Below, piece by piece: positions 35,215-49,255 of a stretch of 64,000 nt of DNA (position 1 is the stretch's first letter; every line of letters starts with the position of its first letter). Under the pieces are notes generated by a model. It was not told the DNA's origin. It saw only the letters and a list, made by a program, of their open reading frames with translations, and did not search any database. The DNA is taken from NCBI RefSeq assembly GCF_009914755.1, contig NC_060928.1. One strand, written 5' to 3'. The stretch comes from the human T2T-CHM13v2.0 reference genome, Homo sapiens. The position numbers were made by a program, and so were the translations under genes.

Positions 35215-36514
35215 TCAATTATAATATTTTTAAAATTTCAGTATGGTATGTTATATTATCAAAACAGATAACAAAAACAATTTAATATAAAACTGGCCAT
35301 ATTATAAATAACTGTAATATAACTTACTTTGTTTATATTTTTATTCCTTAAGGAAAAAGTAATTTACCATTAAACTTCATTCAGTGATTTTGCTATTTTA
35401 CACTGAGACATATATTCTTTCTTTAATTTGGATAGGACAGATGATTTCTTTCACATATCTGAAGTTGATTTCACAAACAACTTTGGATGTAAAGCAGCTG
35501 GTATTCAAATTTTAAAAATCTAAACTCTGCATTAAAATATTCATTTAAGATTTATAGATTGTGAAAATCACCCATTCCATAGAGTAAAAAATGATAACTA
35601 ACACAAAACTACTTTAAAATAAGTCATTTGATGGCAAATGCAATTTGCAGAGGAAGCAAGAGAGTTCTCAGGGCACAGTGGGAAGTCAGAGCTGTTCATT
35701 AATTTACAAAAAGTCATAGATTACTTAAAATTCTATGCTCAGTATAAAGCACTTTAGAATCACAGGGGTATTTCACTTGTTAGTTACTATACCCAGCTTG
35801 TTTGATAAAGCAGTTAAGGGATTCTATCATTTACATAAGGCATTTTAAAAAATCTGCTTTAGAGACCTGAAATTAAAATATAAAATTATATTTTTTAAGC
35901 ATGACAGGACAACATTTTATTTTAACTCAGACTTTCATTACAGGATTTTTAAATACAAATTTGTATTATTAAATGATTCCACATGTTTCTCTGTTTGGAA
36001 TTAGGATAGCTAAGTAGTGCTCCTCTTATCCTTTATTGATAGCTCTGTCATTTAATACTGCTTTTCTCTTTGTATTCGATTAAAATTATCCTATTATTGC
36101 TTAGGGCTTCTTCAGTAGTTAGCCACTGTGCTGTTCATCATTCATATTACAAATTCAGACAGAAGTACATAAATTGGAAGCCTTGCTGTTAATCATGTGT
36201 ATTTATCTTTGTATGAATTTGGGATGAGCAGCATACATTTGTAGGTTGAATGACTAGAATTTCATACAGCGACATAACATAGCATTCAATAAACTGCTTT
36301 ATGTCAGTGACCTTATGATTAAAACAACAACAACAACAACAACAAACACTAAACTAAATACATAATTATCTATGTGTGGTGTTAAGTCACTAAATAAAAA
36401 TCGAATGGAAACCCTTTTCTGTGAAAATTATAATCCAAAAATAAAGAAGAAATCATTAAATCAATACTTGACCAAAGTTATTCCATTAATAAATGAATAA
36501 ACATTTATTTAAAA

Positions 36515-37055
36515 TCCCTTAGCCAAACAAAGGCCATACTTCATGATTATTGCTTCTTTACCTTCATTGATAAATCATAATCTCTCTTGAGACCTCCGCA
36601 TCCTGGATTACTTAGTTTTTTTCTAATAAACTCTGTTCTCTTTCACTTTTTTGTTTTGTTTTGTTTTGTTTTGTTTAGTACGTGGGTCCTTTCTCTGTAT
36701 GGAATGTTTTCCATCATTTCTCTCCTTTTGAAACATACCCCTATGCTTTCCCACTTGCATCTTCTTGACTTTTACTTATAAATAACTTCACATGAAACTT
36801 CTCTTTAGGTAACCAGATGACTGGCTAAATGGTTTTACTAATGTGCCGCCAGGTGCTCTGCGTATATATCATTGTAACACTTACCATTAACATTGCACCT
36901 GCAGCTATCGAATCCTTTCCCATGATTGCTGAGAGCAGAGAATATACTCTTTCAATATTGTATCCTCAAGGACTAACAACATACCCAGATAGAGTATTTA
37001 GCTGTCTGATAAATATTTCTAGAAAAATATTCATAGTTAAATGAATGAATAATGA
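36515..37055 (+). mobile_element. L2 3' end
   Basis: ttgtatcctcaaggactaacaacatacc...ataaatattt...aatgaatgaat tail. Confidence 0.55.
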
Positions 37056-38559
37056 AGGAAAAGTTTGAGTTTGAAATTAACTCTTTGATTTAAAGATGTA
37101 TTACTGGGGCCTAATGTCTCATTATCTTACAGTATTATTATTTTATATCAAATTTATTTCAATTAAACATAGAAAATCTATAAAGTAGAGGACAGTAAAT
37201 CCTCTGAAATATTTAGGCCGTATATTTTAGATTTCTACTTTTCTTTCCGTACAAGAAATAAAAATTCAGTATGTCTGTAATTCTATATCATACCCACTAT
37301 ATTTCTGCTGATGTATTTGTGATGGAAACTCTTCAGTTGAAATTAATTAATAAACTGTATCAAATATGTTGATTCAACATCAAGTAATTACTTTTATAAG
37401 ACAGGTAGAATTATTAAGTATCTGACCTCAGACGATACTGTGAAAGACAACACATTCAGGTAGAAATAATTAATTAACACATGGCTTCTATAAAATTTGT
37501 CAGCCAATATTTGATACATAAAAAAGCTGTGACTAGCAAAATGGCTCCAGTAAGTTTTAGCTTTAGAAATATATATATTTGCAAATATATTTTCATCTTT
37601 TACAGTAGTGCCACAAGAAATTTTCAGTGCAGAGGATTTAATAACAAAGTAAAAAAATATATAATTTCTGTACAAATATTTAAATAGACATTTTTCTTAT
37701 AGAGTTGATTATACTCCCTTAAGCAACCCACATTATTCATTAATTTTAATGAAACTCTGACTATATCATTTCATTAAATGCAGTGACTACACTTCTTTGC
37801 ATTCTACATAATCTGTCTTGTCTTTAGGCTAAAAGTCCCATTTAATTTGATTTCCATTTCAAGTCACATAATTCCATTTTCCTTGTTTTCCAAAACATTG
37901 TCTCCTCCATCTTCTGCCTTAACTAGATAAGACCTCATCAGGGGTACAGAATCCAAAGGTCAAGAAAAAAAAGCATGGGAATTAAATCTTTTGATATCAT
38001 TTATCAATTCACATTACCTAGGAATATTTTTCTTTTCTACTAGATGTGTTGATGCCTAGGATGAGATTTTTCATTTGATGTGTATTCATTTACATATAAT
38101 CCTAGACCTTATAAAAGTTGTTAATAATCTCAAAGGAAAAATGCTGAGAAATTTTAAATAATAAATGTAATGTCATTTAAGAACAGTTTTTCACAGTCTA
38201 ACTGTACTCTTATTGGCTAATTTTCTGGCATAAAAAATTTGTCCTTTACTCAAATTTTATAAAAATTATTCAAGTAATCCAAAAGTTAATTCAATAATTG
38301 ATCTTTTTAATAAAAACTGGATTATTAAAAAGCAATCACTGAAAATAAATTATTCATATTTAGGGCTTTTGTAACATTGCTTACTTTTAAATATTTTCTT
38401 TGGATTTTTTTAATCTAACTGATTTTAGTCAATTAAAAAGAATATCCAGATTAATTCACATTTTCTTGTTTCTGGTGATTTATTTTGTATATCATACACA
38501 TCAAATTTAATATAAAATGAGGGCTATCTTCTCTAGTCCATCATATATATCCATATAAT

Positions 38560-39552
38560 TTTCAAAACTTTTAGTTTTGGGGGTAGGTGTGAAGATTTGT
38601 TATATAGGCAAACTTGTGTCTCAGGCATTTGTTGTACAGATTATTTTGTCACTCAAGTATCAAGTCCAGTACCCAATAGTTATTTTTTCTGCTCCTCTCC
38701 CTCCTCCCACCTTCCACCATCAAGTAGATCCCGATGTCTGTTGTTCCCTTCTTTGTGTTCATGAAAGAACACACTTTCGTGTGTTTCGGCTCCCACTTAC
38801 AAGTGAAAACATGTGGTATTTGGCTTTCTGTTCTTACGTTAGTTTGCTACGGATAATAGCCTACAGCTCCATACATGTTTCTGCAAAAGACATGATCTCA
38901 TTCTTTCTTATGGGTGCATAGTATTCCATGGTATATATATACCATATATTTTTAATCCAATCTGTCATTGGTGGGCATTTAGGTTGATCTGGTGTGTTTG
39001 TTATTCTTAATATTACTGCAATGAACATTCATATGTGTATGTTTTTATGATAGAATGATTTATATTTCTCTGGGTATATATCCAGTAATGGGATTTCTGG
39101 GTTGAATGGTGGTCTTGCTTTAAGCTTTTTGAAAAATTGCCATTTTGCTTTCCCCAGTGGTTGACTGACGCATACTCCCACCAGCAGTGTGTAAATGTTC
39201 CCTTTTCTCTGCAACCTTGCCAGCACCTGTTATTTGACTTTTTAATAATAGCCATTCTGACTGGTGTGAGATGGTATCTCATTGTGGTTTTGATTTGCAC
39301 TACTCTAATGCTCAGTGATACTGAGTTTTTTACATATGCTTGTTGCATGCATGTTTGTTGTCTTTTGAAAAATATCTGTTGATGTTTTTTTGTCCACTTT
39401 TGAATGGGGTTTTTTCTCTTGTAAATTTATTTAAGTTCCTTATAGATACTGGATATTAGACCTTTGTCAGATGCAAAGATTTCAAATATTTTCTCCCATT
39501 CTGTGTATTGTCCATTTAATCTGTTGATAGTTTATCTTGTTGTGTAGAAGTT
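38560..39552 (-). mobile_element. L1PA15/16-like 3' fragment
   Basis: ORF 39013-39348 (-) reads [29 protein letters not shown]; 3' UTR resembles 5.9-6.3 kb. Confidence 0.9.
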
Positions 39553-40119
39553 ACATTTAACTATCTATATCTGCATGTATATATCTTCTAAAATCTAATA
39601 TTGCAATATATTGTGTCTATGAGTGTATATATTTTGCAAATTAATTGTAACAGTATCCTATCTAGAATACGTGTTTAGAATAACGTTTAAATATTTTGAT
39701 AAAAATTGTGAGGCATTTTTGACGCTAGTGAGGCAGTGTACCAGAAGGCGGTTGTTAAAAACAGCTTCATGAAGATGTGAATATCTTGGGATAGGTTTAA
39801 ACCTAAAAATTGCTTTAAAAGAACAGTGACTGTTATACAAGAAAAAGGAGAATAAAACTGATAAGAATCAAAGGCTTAACATTAATTCTTTGAACACACA
39901 TTTGAGCACACAGGGCTGGATTCTGTAAAGAATATATTAAAATTAAAGACAAGTTCAATGTTCAGAGAATGCAACAGTAACTACAAAGCAGAATGAAGGT
40001 AAGAGTATAAAACTGACAAATAAAAAGTACTGATAGTCAGCTGGTCTAAACACACTCACCTTTTAAGACTCAATAAAGAATATTCTCCTTCTCTAATAGC
40101 TTTCCTTAAACACCCAAGG

Positions 40120-40645
40120 TTAATGGGGGACCCCTCATAAGATTCCCCATAGAACTCTACACAAGGCGCTAAGTGTTTAAGTCTCACCCAGATCCTTTCT
40201 AGCAGTGGTGTGCGCATTCTCACCTCCAACCCCAGAGTACCCTGCAAGGCATATCTGCAACACTGAGTATTGCCTTTTGACTGGACACCACTTCACTTCT
40301 CCAGAGAAGGTTGTTCCTGTCTAGCATTCTGTCCTTGCACCTCCATATTTTCTTCCTCAAACTCGCAGGTGACCAGTGACCTGTAACTGCTGTGGGAGTA
40401 CAAAAGCTCAGCTCTTTTACCTCCAGGTGGGGTGAAATTTTGAGTTGTTATTTATACTTCAGATCTTCTGGGATTAGCCTACCTCTAGGACTTTAACACA
40501 AATCCCACCCTTGCTACACTTCCCCTGTTCCATCCTGCTTCTTCCACACTCTTTCTGGATTCTCCTGAGAGTTCTTCCTTAATACATTTTTCCCACTTGG
40601 ATCTTTAGCCTATAGTGTGCTTCTCAGAGAATGTCACATAAGCCA
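40120..40645 (+). mobile_element. ERVL LTR16-like LTR
   Basis: ttctcctgagagttcttccttaatacatt...tgcttctcagagaa 3' end pattern. Confidence 0.5.
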
Positions 40646-40764
40646 AACACCTACCTTCATGCTTACCAAACTGCATTATACTAGCTGTTTACTGGTCAAT
40701 TTAGGACCATGTACTCTTCATTTTTGTGTCAGATCCTAAGGAGAACAGAAAACAGCACTCCTAC

Positions 40765-41198
40765 TGTATATTGGTTTTCTAGAACTTTGGTAACAAAGCA
40801 CCACAAACTGGTTGCCTTAGAACAAAAGAAACGTATTGTCTTATGGTTCTGATGTCTAAGGAATTAAAAATTCAGGTGCAGGCAGGCCCATGCCTAAACT
40901 CCCTCGAGGGTTTAGGAAAGAGCTGCCCTAGGCCTCTCGCCTAATTCCTGACAGCATAACTTCAGTTTTCACATGGTCTGATCTTCTTCCTGTGTGTGTC
41001 TGTCTCTTCACAGGCATTCTTTTTATAAAAACTTCAGTCATATTAGATTAGGAGTTGGCCTAAAGATGGGTATGACTTCATCTTAATTTAACTAACTATA
41101 TTTGCAATGACACTATTTACAAATTAGGCCAAATTCTGAGACATTGCTGCTTAGAACCTCAGCATATGAACTGTGGGGGACAAAGTTAATCTCATATT
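40765..41198 (-). mobile_element. MLT1A/B/C LTR
   Basis: gtaacaaagcaccacaaactggttgcctta...tttgcaatgacactatttacaaatta...gggggaca. Confidence 0.8.
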
Positions 41199-41724
41199 GC
41201 TAATTAACCTATTTTATAGGGTATTAAAGTATTATTAAAAATCATTGCATCTTCCTTTTTGTAAATTTGACATAGATTTGGGAAGAATACTAGAGACCAT
41301 TAAATTTAGAAGAATTTGCAGTCTTCAGAATAATTCTGAATCTGTCTCAGAATAATTTTGGATAAAGAAAAGGAAGGTCTCTCTGAAAACAAACTAGTAG
41401 TATTTGGCTTTTCAAGCATTTGCTAATATAGAAGAAAAATCACTTAGAATAAAAAAAAATTAATCACAAAAATGTTCCCTAATCGAATGTGTATTGCATG
41501 TTTAAACATGTTGGAACCCTGAGATTCATTATGCTTTATAAACCCCGGGTGTGATTTTATTTACCTTTAATTACTAAACCTGAGTACTCATAATAATAGG
41601 ACTATTGCAAGCATTTTCATGTTCGCACTGTAACTGACATAGTGAAGAAATGGCAGAAAATATAATCTTTCTCCAACTCTTAATTATTGAAAGGGAATTT
41701 TAAAACTTACTCTTATCTCCTTAT

Positions 41725-42130
41725 TGCATGTTTATTCTATACCAGACACTACTCTCAGCTTATCATGAGTTAGTCCATTTAATCCTCACTGAAAAAAATA
41801 AAATGAGAGGACAAAGAGATCAAATAGCTTTCTACCAAGGCATAAACTCTGGAATCTGGGTTATTAAGCTCCATTGTTTACTACTGATTCATGAAGAAGA
41901 TAATCTCATCACATTAGAATGAGTGTGGGAAAAAAACAGTATTTAATAATAATATGCTTCAGGTGCTTTGTATACCTTACATCCATGATATTTCATAAGA
42001 GTTTTCTGACAGATAATTCCATTGTATAGCTGGAAAAAACAGAATCATGTAGCAGTTAAACAACTTCTAAATTTTTATAATTCTTTACTAATGGAATTTA
42101 AACCTGTTTGTCCAATTACAAACCTTTAGG
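41725..42130 (-). mobile_element. Two MIR fragments
   Basis: catttaatcctcac and ttccattgtatagctggaaaaaacagaatc antisense MIR core remnants. Confidence 0.4.
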
Positions 42131-44300
42131 CGTTGCAATACACTGAATTTCAGTCTGGCCAACTTGAGCCTTGAGGGAAAATAAAGTTCTTATGAATTCC
42201 TTAAGTCAACAAACTATCGTGCTCCAAACTAATATATTAAATAGCACAATAAAGCCAGAGTTAAACTTCACTTACAAAATTCAATTTCAAATTAAAAAAT
42301 CACAAGTTATATAAACAAAAGTATTATTAAAATTAAAGTTAACATTAATTTAATGTGAAATAGCATCACATTACAAGTAAATCAATCATTAATTTATGAT
42401 TTAATTGGTTTTACGATCTAGCTCCAAATATAGCCCATTTCCCTGGCAGTCAGTATATTAAAGTGTTAATATTTTTGCAATATGTTCACTAGAGTATGCT
42501 TTTGATGGTAGCCCTGAGTCTGATATATTTCAGACCATTGTACAGTGATTTAGTTTTCCCAAAACATTTCTTCTTTTGAATGATTTCAAAGTGATGTTCA
42601 CAGAAGTGCGTTTGACTTCAATAAACTATCTTTGTTACCAATTATTAGTCTATGAGACAAGTTAAATATAAGTTGCTGCACTCTTTTATGATTGCAAACA
42701 ATATTTTAATATTTAAATTAATTAATTAAATATTTAAACAAATGAAAGTTTTAGTCTTTAAAACTTTATTTCAATTGCAATTTAACTGAGTGAATAAAAA
42801 ATGTCTGCATATATAAGTATAATCATTAATGATCTTTCAAATTAATAGATATTGAGTGTTCTGTAAAATTTCAGGTTCTAGTCTAAGTGCTTAAGATACG
42901 TCAGTAAGAGAAAATCATACAAAATCTTTGCTTATGGAGTTTACCCAACATGAGGTTATGGATGTCACTGTGTACAATATTAACACATAGCAAAGTAGAT
43001 GAGTCATGTACACTTATCATTGCATTGAGTGTTAATATCTGTTTTTATAGATTTGTACTTGTAAGCAAAGATATTCTAACCTAAAGTAATCTTCAGCTAT
43101 AAAGATTACAATTGTCTGTTAAACTTGTTTATAAGGTTATAATCTAGCTAGATTATTACGGTTACTAAACTACTATTATTTTAATGTACTTTGTAATGTT
43201 ATATTTTAAAATAACAATGGAAATAGAAATTTAAATTTCAAACATATTGTGTAAAACTATTTGATAATGACCTCACAACACATTTGTAGAACTACAAGGA
43301 TCCAGAAAGCCCACTTTTGGTGAAAAGATGATGATTCTAACGTGGTCATGGTGAGTTTGAATTGTCCATAACACTAGCCACATATATGCTTTTCTTATTA
43401 TTCTTAAGATATAACAATCATCTCTAAAGATATTCAGCTTACATATAATAGAAAACATATACATTAAAATAAAAAATTTTAAAAACAATCCTCAAATTGA
43501 TGGTGATATCTCTTTCTCATTCTCTCATCCATTTTTCTGTGTACTTAAATATTTATATTCTAATTTGGCAAATATATAAGACTGCATCAGTATTAGCAAC
43601 ATATATTGATTTTAATATTTCTGGAAAAAACTGGCAATATTTGTCTCTTTGTAATCGACTTCTCAATTTATTTAATATAGATTTATCCTAAAGGGATATT
43701 TAGATATAACTGGAAATATTCATAGTATCTGAATATAGAAGTATACATAGAGAATAAATATCACAAACATGACTATATAAATGTAAATATTATTTAAAAT
43801 GTTTAGCAGTAGCCAAATAAATTATGACAGAGTACAATATAGTCATTAACATAATTCTCCAGAAATATATGTAATAATGCCTTATCCATTTATTGTATAC
43901 TTTATATAAATTTATGGCTCCTATATCTCCTATATGCTAGACTATATTAAATATTGGTTATGCAGCACTGAGCAACGCATATTTGGTTAACATTCTTTCC
44001 AAATTATATATGTCATGAGGGAAACAATTAAATAAGCATCAGATAAATAAACATAAATAAAAATATTCATGGGTATGCTACATAAAGAATAATCAAATCT
44101 TGAAGCTTATGAAAAGTATAATATAAATATTTTTAAAAGTCTATATTAACATATTTTTAGAAGACAGACTGTAAGGCAAGGTGAAATAGATGTAACTGCA
44201 GGAAAGACCTTGCCTTTTCTTATAGTATAGTACCATTATGTGAATGCACACGTATACATATAATAACATACATATGCAGACACATACATTATCTGGGAAT

Positions 44301-44594
44301 CAGCACTGTTCCTTGAAATATAATGTGAGTACCAAAGGTGAGCCACATATGTAATTTAAAATTTCTCGTAGCCAATAAAAGCATATAAAATTAAATTTAA
44401 TATCTTTTTAAACCAGTCTATCCAACATATTACTATTTCAACATTAATTAATATGAAGATAACTAAAGAGGTTTTTTACATTTTTTGTACCACAGCCTCA
44501 AAATCTGGTACACTTATAGCAAGTCTTAATTTGAACAAGCCAGATTTTACACATTCAATATAATGTGACTAATTGCTATCATTTTGGACAATGA
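44301..44594 (+). mobile_element. MER33 (hAT-Charlie)
   Basis: cagcactgttc..gagccacatatgtaatttaaaatttctcgtagcca...gctatcattttggaca. Confidence 0.8.
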
Positions 44595-45719
44595 AGACAA
44601 TATATAAATAAATATAATTTTTAAATTATATTTACATATATATTTATATATGCTAAGGAAGCATAATTTGAAGAAGAGAGAATTGAATTGAGTTAGATCT
44701 GGACTGGCACTTGTTGTATAGTGGGCTCATAAGAAATAATTTATTTTCACCTAATCTGATAATTCTGGTACTTCTGTTGCATATAATGTCACAAATTAAA
44801 TATATTATAAAGTTACAAATTAATTTTAAAGTTACATAATATGTGTATATTCAAAATAACATTAACACTTGAAATTTGTGCCATGTCATTTAGAAGTCAC
44901 TTATAGTTTAAAATTTATTTAAAATTTTGTTTTAATGATTTTCCTCTAAAAGTATTTTAACTGAAATAATTGCCAATTAAAATTTTTAAGTCCTTATACA
45001 CTTATAAAAGCATGATTCCATTTGATTCTATTTCTTCTTTAGTCTCTATAAAAATGAAAACATTATTACTTACTGCTTACCACCAAGATTACCTGACAGA
45101 AATATTTACATAAAGTGTTACAATAATGCTTATATTTATTGGACAATCAATATGCCAGCATTATTCTAAGTACTTTCTATATTATGTCATATCATTTTCA
45201 TTATTCTCTTACAAGATAGGTGATATCCATAATTATGAGAAATATAAAACAGAGCAATACAAATTGTTTCTGTAGTTGTTTTTCTTGGAATATGTAAGTA
45301 GAAACACCAAAAAGACTAATTTCATAAACATGATAGTTCTGGTTATGCTGTACTTTTCTAATTTTGATGCTTAAATTTGGGATATATGCCTAAAAATGTC
45401 TATGATATGAATCCAAATTACACTCTAATTATAGAATTTTGAGGCTACCACTTTAGCATAGCTTGTAGCTAGATTGCCTGTCATAAAATAATTGAGTTAA
45501 ATCCTAATTATAAGGACACGTGTATTTAATTTTTATGTATCAAAAAACAGCAATTTACATTTAAAATTTGGAAATATTAACACAATTTTGTTTTATTTAT
45601 TTAGATTCATAGATATTAATATTATGCCAAATCTAACTTGGTCTCTTGAATGACAAGTTTTATCCCTACAGAAAATAATACTAAGAGGCAAAGCAGTAGC
45701 TATATTGAGACTAAACAGA

Positions 45720-45900
45720 GATGGAAATGACAGAGTTGTACTAGACTCTTGGTTAACTTCTTTCTAGACATGTGACCAAAGCAGATCAGTTGATCTCTAT
45801 CCTGTATTGTACTCACCAGTAAAATATGGATAGTAGTCCTGACCTCTTGAGGTAGATGGGAGGATTAAATTAGACACTGTTTTGTAAAGTGCTTAGCTCA
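45720..45900 (+). mobile_element. MIR
   Basis: tgtgacc...ctcaccagtaaaatatggata...gggaggattaaattaga..gtaaagtgcttag. Confidence 0.65.
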
Positions 45901-48529
45901 TTAGGAGTGAAGCATATAGTTCTTATTTGGTAGATGTAATGACTTTTTGGAAATAATCATTATAAGAATAGAAAGTATATTTTAGTGGTAAATAAATGTG
46001 GTGCCTACAAAAGCATCCAGGTGAATCCTTTTTTAATAACGTAAAGATAATCTTAATTGACCCTGCTTTTCTGTTCATTAGGTGTGAATTAGTAAGGTTT
46101 ACTTCAGATGGGTTTGCCTATATAATCATTATTTTAGTCTGAGTTCATTTTTAGTTAATGTAGCCTGAAATGTGAATCTAGTGAGTAATGTATTTTAGTT
46201 ACATTGCCAAAAATTTGGAGAAATTCTCAAATTTGCTTGTCAAATGGAGTGTGTCTCTGTAAGGTAACAAATTTAACATTTTGGTTAAAAAAGAAAAAAG
46301 TATATAATCATAAAATTTTTAATTATTCTAAACCTTACAGGTGCCATATGGTGATACCTTTATTTTTTAATTACAAATGTAAATATTTAAATGTTTATTT
46401 TAGTATCATATTTATATTATATACAAAAGAAAACTAAACTTAATCTCTGCATTTGAAAAATAAGTGCACTTCCTATAAGAATATAAAAACATGGGCTTTG
46501 TAGTTTCGCTCAAAACATATTAATGCATATTATATCATTATTAATATTTTAAATAAAGGGATTAAGTTGAACACTTCCTTTTTTCCTGTGACATTTTGTG
46601 CTAGGAACTTTCTGCACTGGTGCAGGTAGATACTCTTTTGAATACTATAAAATCAATAAAATCACTGGAATTTATTTAACTAATATAGTTGTAATAAACT
46701 ATGAATTAGAAACGACAGATTCTGTGGAGAAAGTTTACTCAACTTTCCATAAGTTGTGGATCAGCCCAAGAATATTTAAGCTTAAGTACTTAGTAGTTTA
46801 AACTTCAGCATATTTGTCAGAACTAATGCTTTATTTATACACCACTGACTTTTCTTGTCAGGCCACAGGACTTAGTGATTTGGAAACACATGAAATGATG
46901 AATTAAAATTTTATGTCAGAATGGGAAAAAAAAAACATCAAATGTATAGTCATCTGTTTTTGTTTTAAACGTCCTGTAAATCATTGAAAAAGAAGATGAA
47001 ACCTGAATGGAATGTTTTGTATGCTTTCAATAATGACAAATGGATGACTCTCTGATACAATTTTTCTTTCCACTACAACCTATTTTTTGTTCTTTTGCAG
47101 GCAGGGCCTAAGCAGTAGTAGTGAAAGCTCTCATGAGTTACTAGCAACAACCACAAATAAAGATAAGCTTTCAAATATTTTATTTTTGTAACTTTTTAAG
47201 TCTAGCTTTAAGAAATATTTGAAGTCCAGCTTTAAGAAATATTTTTCAACTATATTCCCACTTTTGTGAAGCAGTGTGATTGACATTTAACCTTCCATGC
47301 TGCAATACAGCACAGTACTTTGGCTGAAATATCTTAAAATACCTGTTCTCAAAAATCAAATTGGAAACTGAGAATGAAAAATATAATCAACACTTGCTGA
47401 AGAAATTATACTTATCTGTGGAGCCTATAATTTGCAAAAATTTTGAGACAGTTTCTATTTCCACAAATACACCTTCGGGGAAATTTCCAAATAATGACAT
47501 ATTGTATTTTAAGACAAATTGGTAAATTTATATGAATTTACTGAGTTATCTTTTTTCCCTTGTGATCATCTGGAAACAATGAGGAGTTTAGGAGTATGTA
47601 TTTCGTGGATAGAAAAACTCAGTTTCTCTCTAGGGATATTCTTTTATATTAAAAAACCAGATTAGTACTATAGATTAAACTATATCATATGACCTCTTTA
47701 GAAATGTAATTAGCTGACAGTCAGTGATTATGGTCAAAGGTAATGAAATAACACAGGAGGCAGATGATGATATCTGGGACAAATTCCATGACACTTGGAC
47801 CTAGGAACAGGGGTACTACCCTGGGCCATACGTATTGGAGTGCTTCACATATATAAACACTGAAACACAAATACAAATGTAATTTATATAGTGTATTAAA
47901 TAAAAATGCAAATATATATGTCATTATAATTTTTAAGAATTCTCTTAAGAAAGTTTGTTGAATATTTGTACTTAATCAAGCGAATTAAATGTTCTGGAGA
48001 TGGACTTTGGAGGAGGACTTTGCTTGTCAGGCCACAGGATTTAGTGATACTGACAACACAAGCAGATGATGAGAGGAAAGAACTCGGGTCACCTACAGAG
48101 AGTACCTAAGGAACTCGGTTCCAAAGATAAATGGTGCTTCATTTCTCCCCTCTGTTGTATGGTGGTGTTTTGGGAAGTGCTGAGTACAGTACAGTGTGAG
48201 GGACAGGAATGCTGAATAATATGTGGTATGAGAAAGGGAACCAGCCTGCCCTGATTTGCTGGAGAGTTTGACCTTGTCAATCTCCAGTCTGGTTTGAAAT
48301 GGTCCAGTGATGGCCCAGGCATCATGGGATTCAGGTGCAACTTTGAAAACCCTGTCCTTTCCAGGATATTTTTGCTATGACTCCAGCTGGCTCATAAGCA
48401 GTGAGCCTGGCTAGAAGAAAAAAGAAAGCAGCTCCTTTGTTTCCCTGGTTGCAGAAGAATCCCTGAGGAGGAACCAGATGGATCCTGTTACAGGAAAGCA
48501 GTTCAGGCTGTGAGTACAGCTACATTTGT

Positions 48530-48532
<3 letters not shown>

Positions 48533-48578
<46 letters not shown>
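48533..48578. repeat. (GT)23 microsatellite
   Basis: Perfect dinucleotide run. Confidence 0.98.
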
Positions 48579-48581
<3 letters not shown>

Positions 48582-48899
48582 TGTAGACTCCATTTTCCTT
48601 CTTGCTCTGGACCCCACAAGTGTTATGGGAAAAAATGTTTATACCAAAATGGTTGTGATAGAGCCTGTGAGAATGGCCCAGATACAAAGACCTGGGAGTC
48701 TTGATTGATTTCACACAGTATGTGAAAGAGAATCGTCAAGAATGGCTGTGTTCACGATATATAGAATACTGGGAAATTAGCAGGATTTAAGAAAACAAGG
48801 GTTTTTACTTGCTAATTTTGACATATATTACATATTAAAGAAGAAATATTAAGTAGACTTAGTTATTCTGGTGTTGTGGAGAAAGTCAGATTATAGATA

Positions 48900-49255
48900 A
48901 TATTTAAAACTGTGGGACTACTTGTGATTTCCTAGAAATTGAGTGTAGATATCAAAGCCCTGGGAAATGCCAACATTTAGAGATTAGAAAGAAAAGAAAA
49001 GAAAATTGTTAAGTATTCAATGAGGAAAGAGAAAAATATTGTTTTCATCAAGAATGAAGAAGGGATAAATGATATCAAATACTACTGAATGATGAACTAA
49101 AATGAAGATGGAATAATGACAACTGGATTGGCAATTAAAAGGTTATTGATGACAGTCACAAAATAATTTCAGTGGAGTTGTGGAGATGAAGTCTTAATCA
49201 TAATTGGTTGGGGAATAAATGAGTGTTCAGGAAGTAGGAACAGGGAATTTAGTTA
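48900..49255 (-). mobile_element. L2 fragment
   Basis: gccctgggaaatgccaacatttagag...tttcagtggagttgtggag. Confidence 0.65.

Noticed and set aside
42700-42740. AT quasi-palindrome (also 15343-15396)
   Set aside because: Low-complexity A/T sequence in which such symmetry is expected by chance.
47060-47165. Pyrimidine tract + cag acceptor followed by AATAAA, as a terminal exon
   Set aside because: Such motifs are common in AT-rich DNA and no linked upstream exon is evident.
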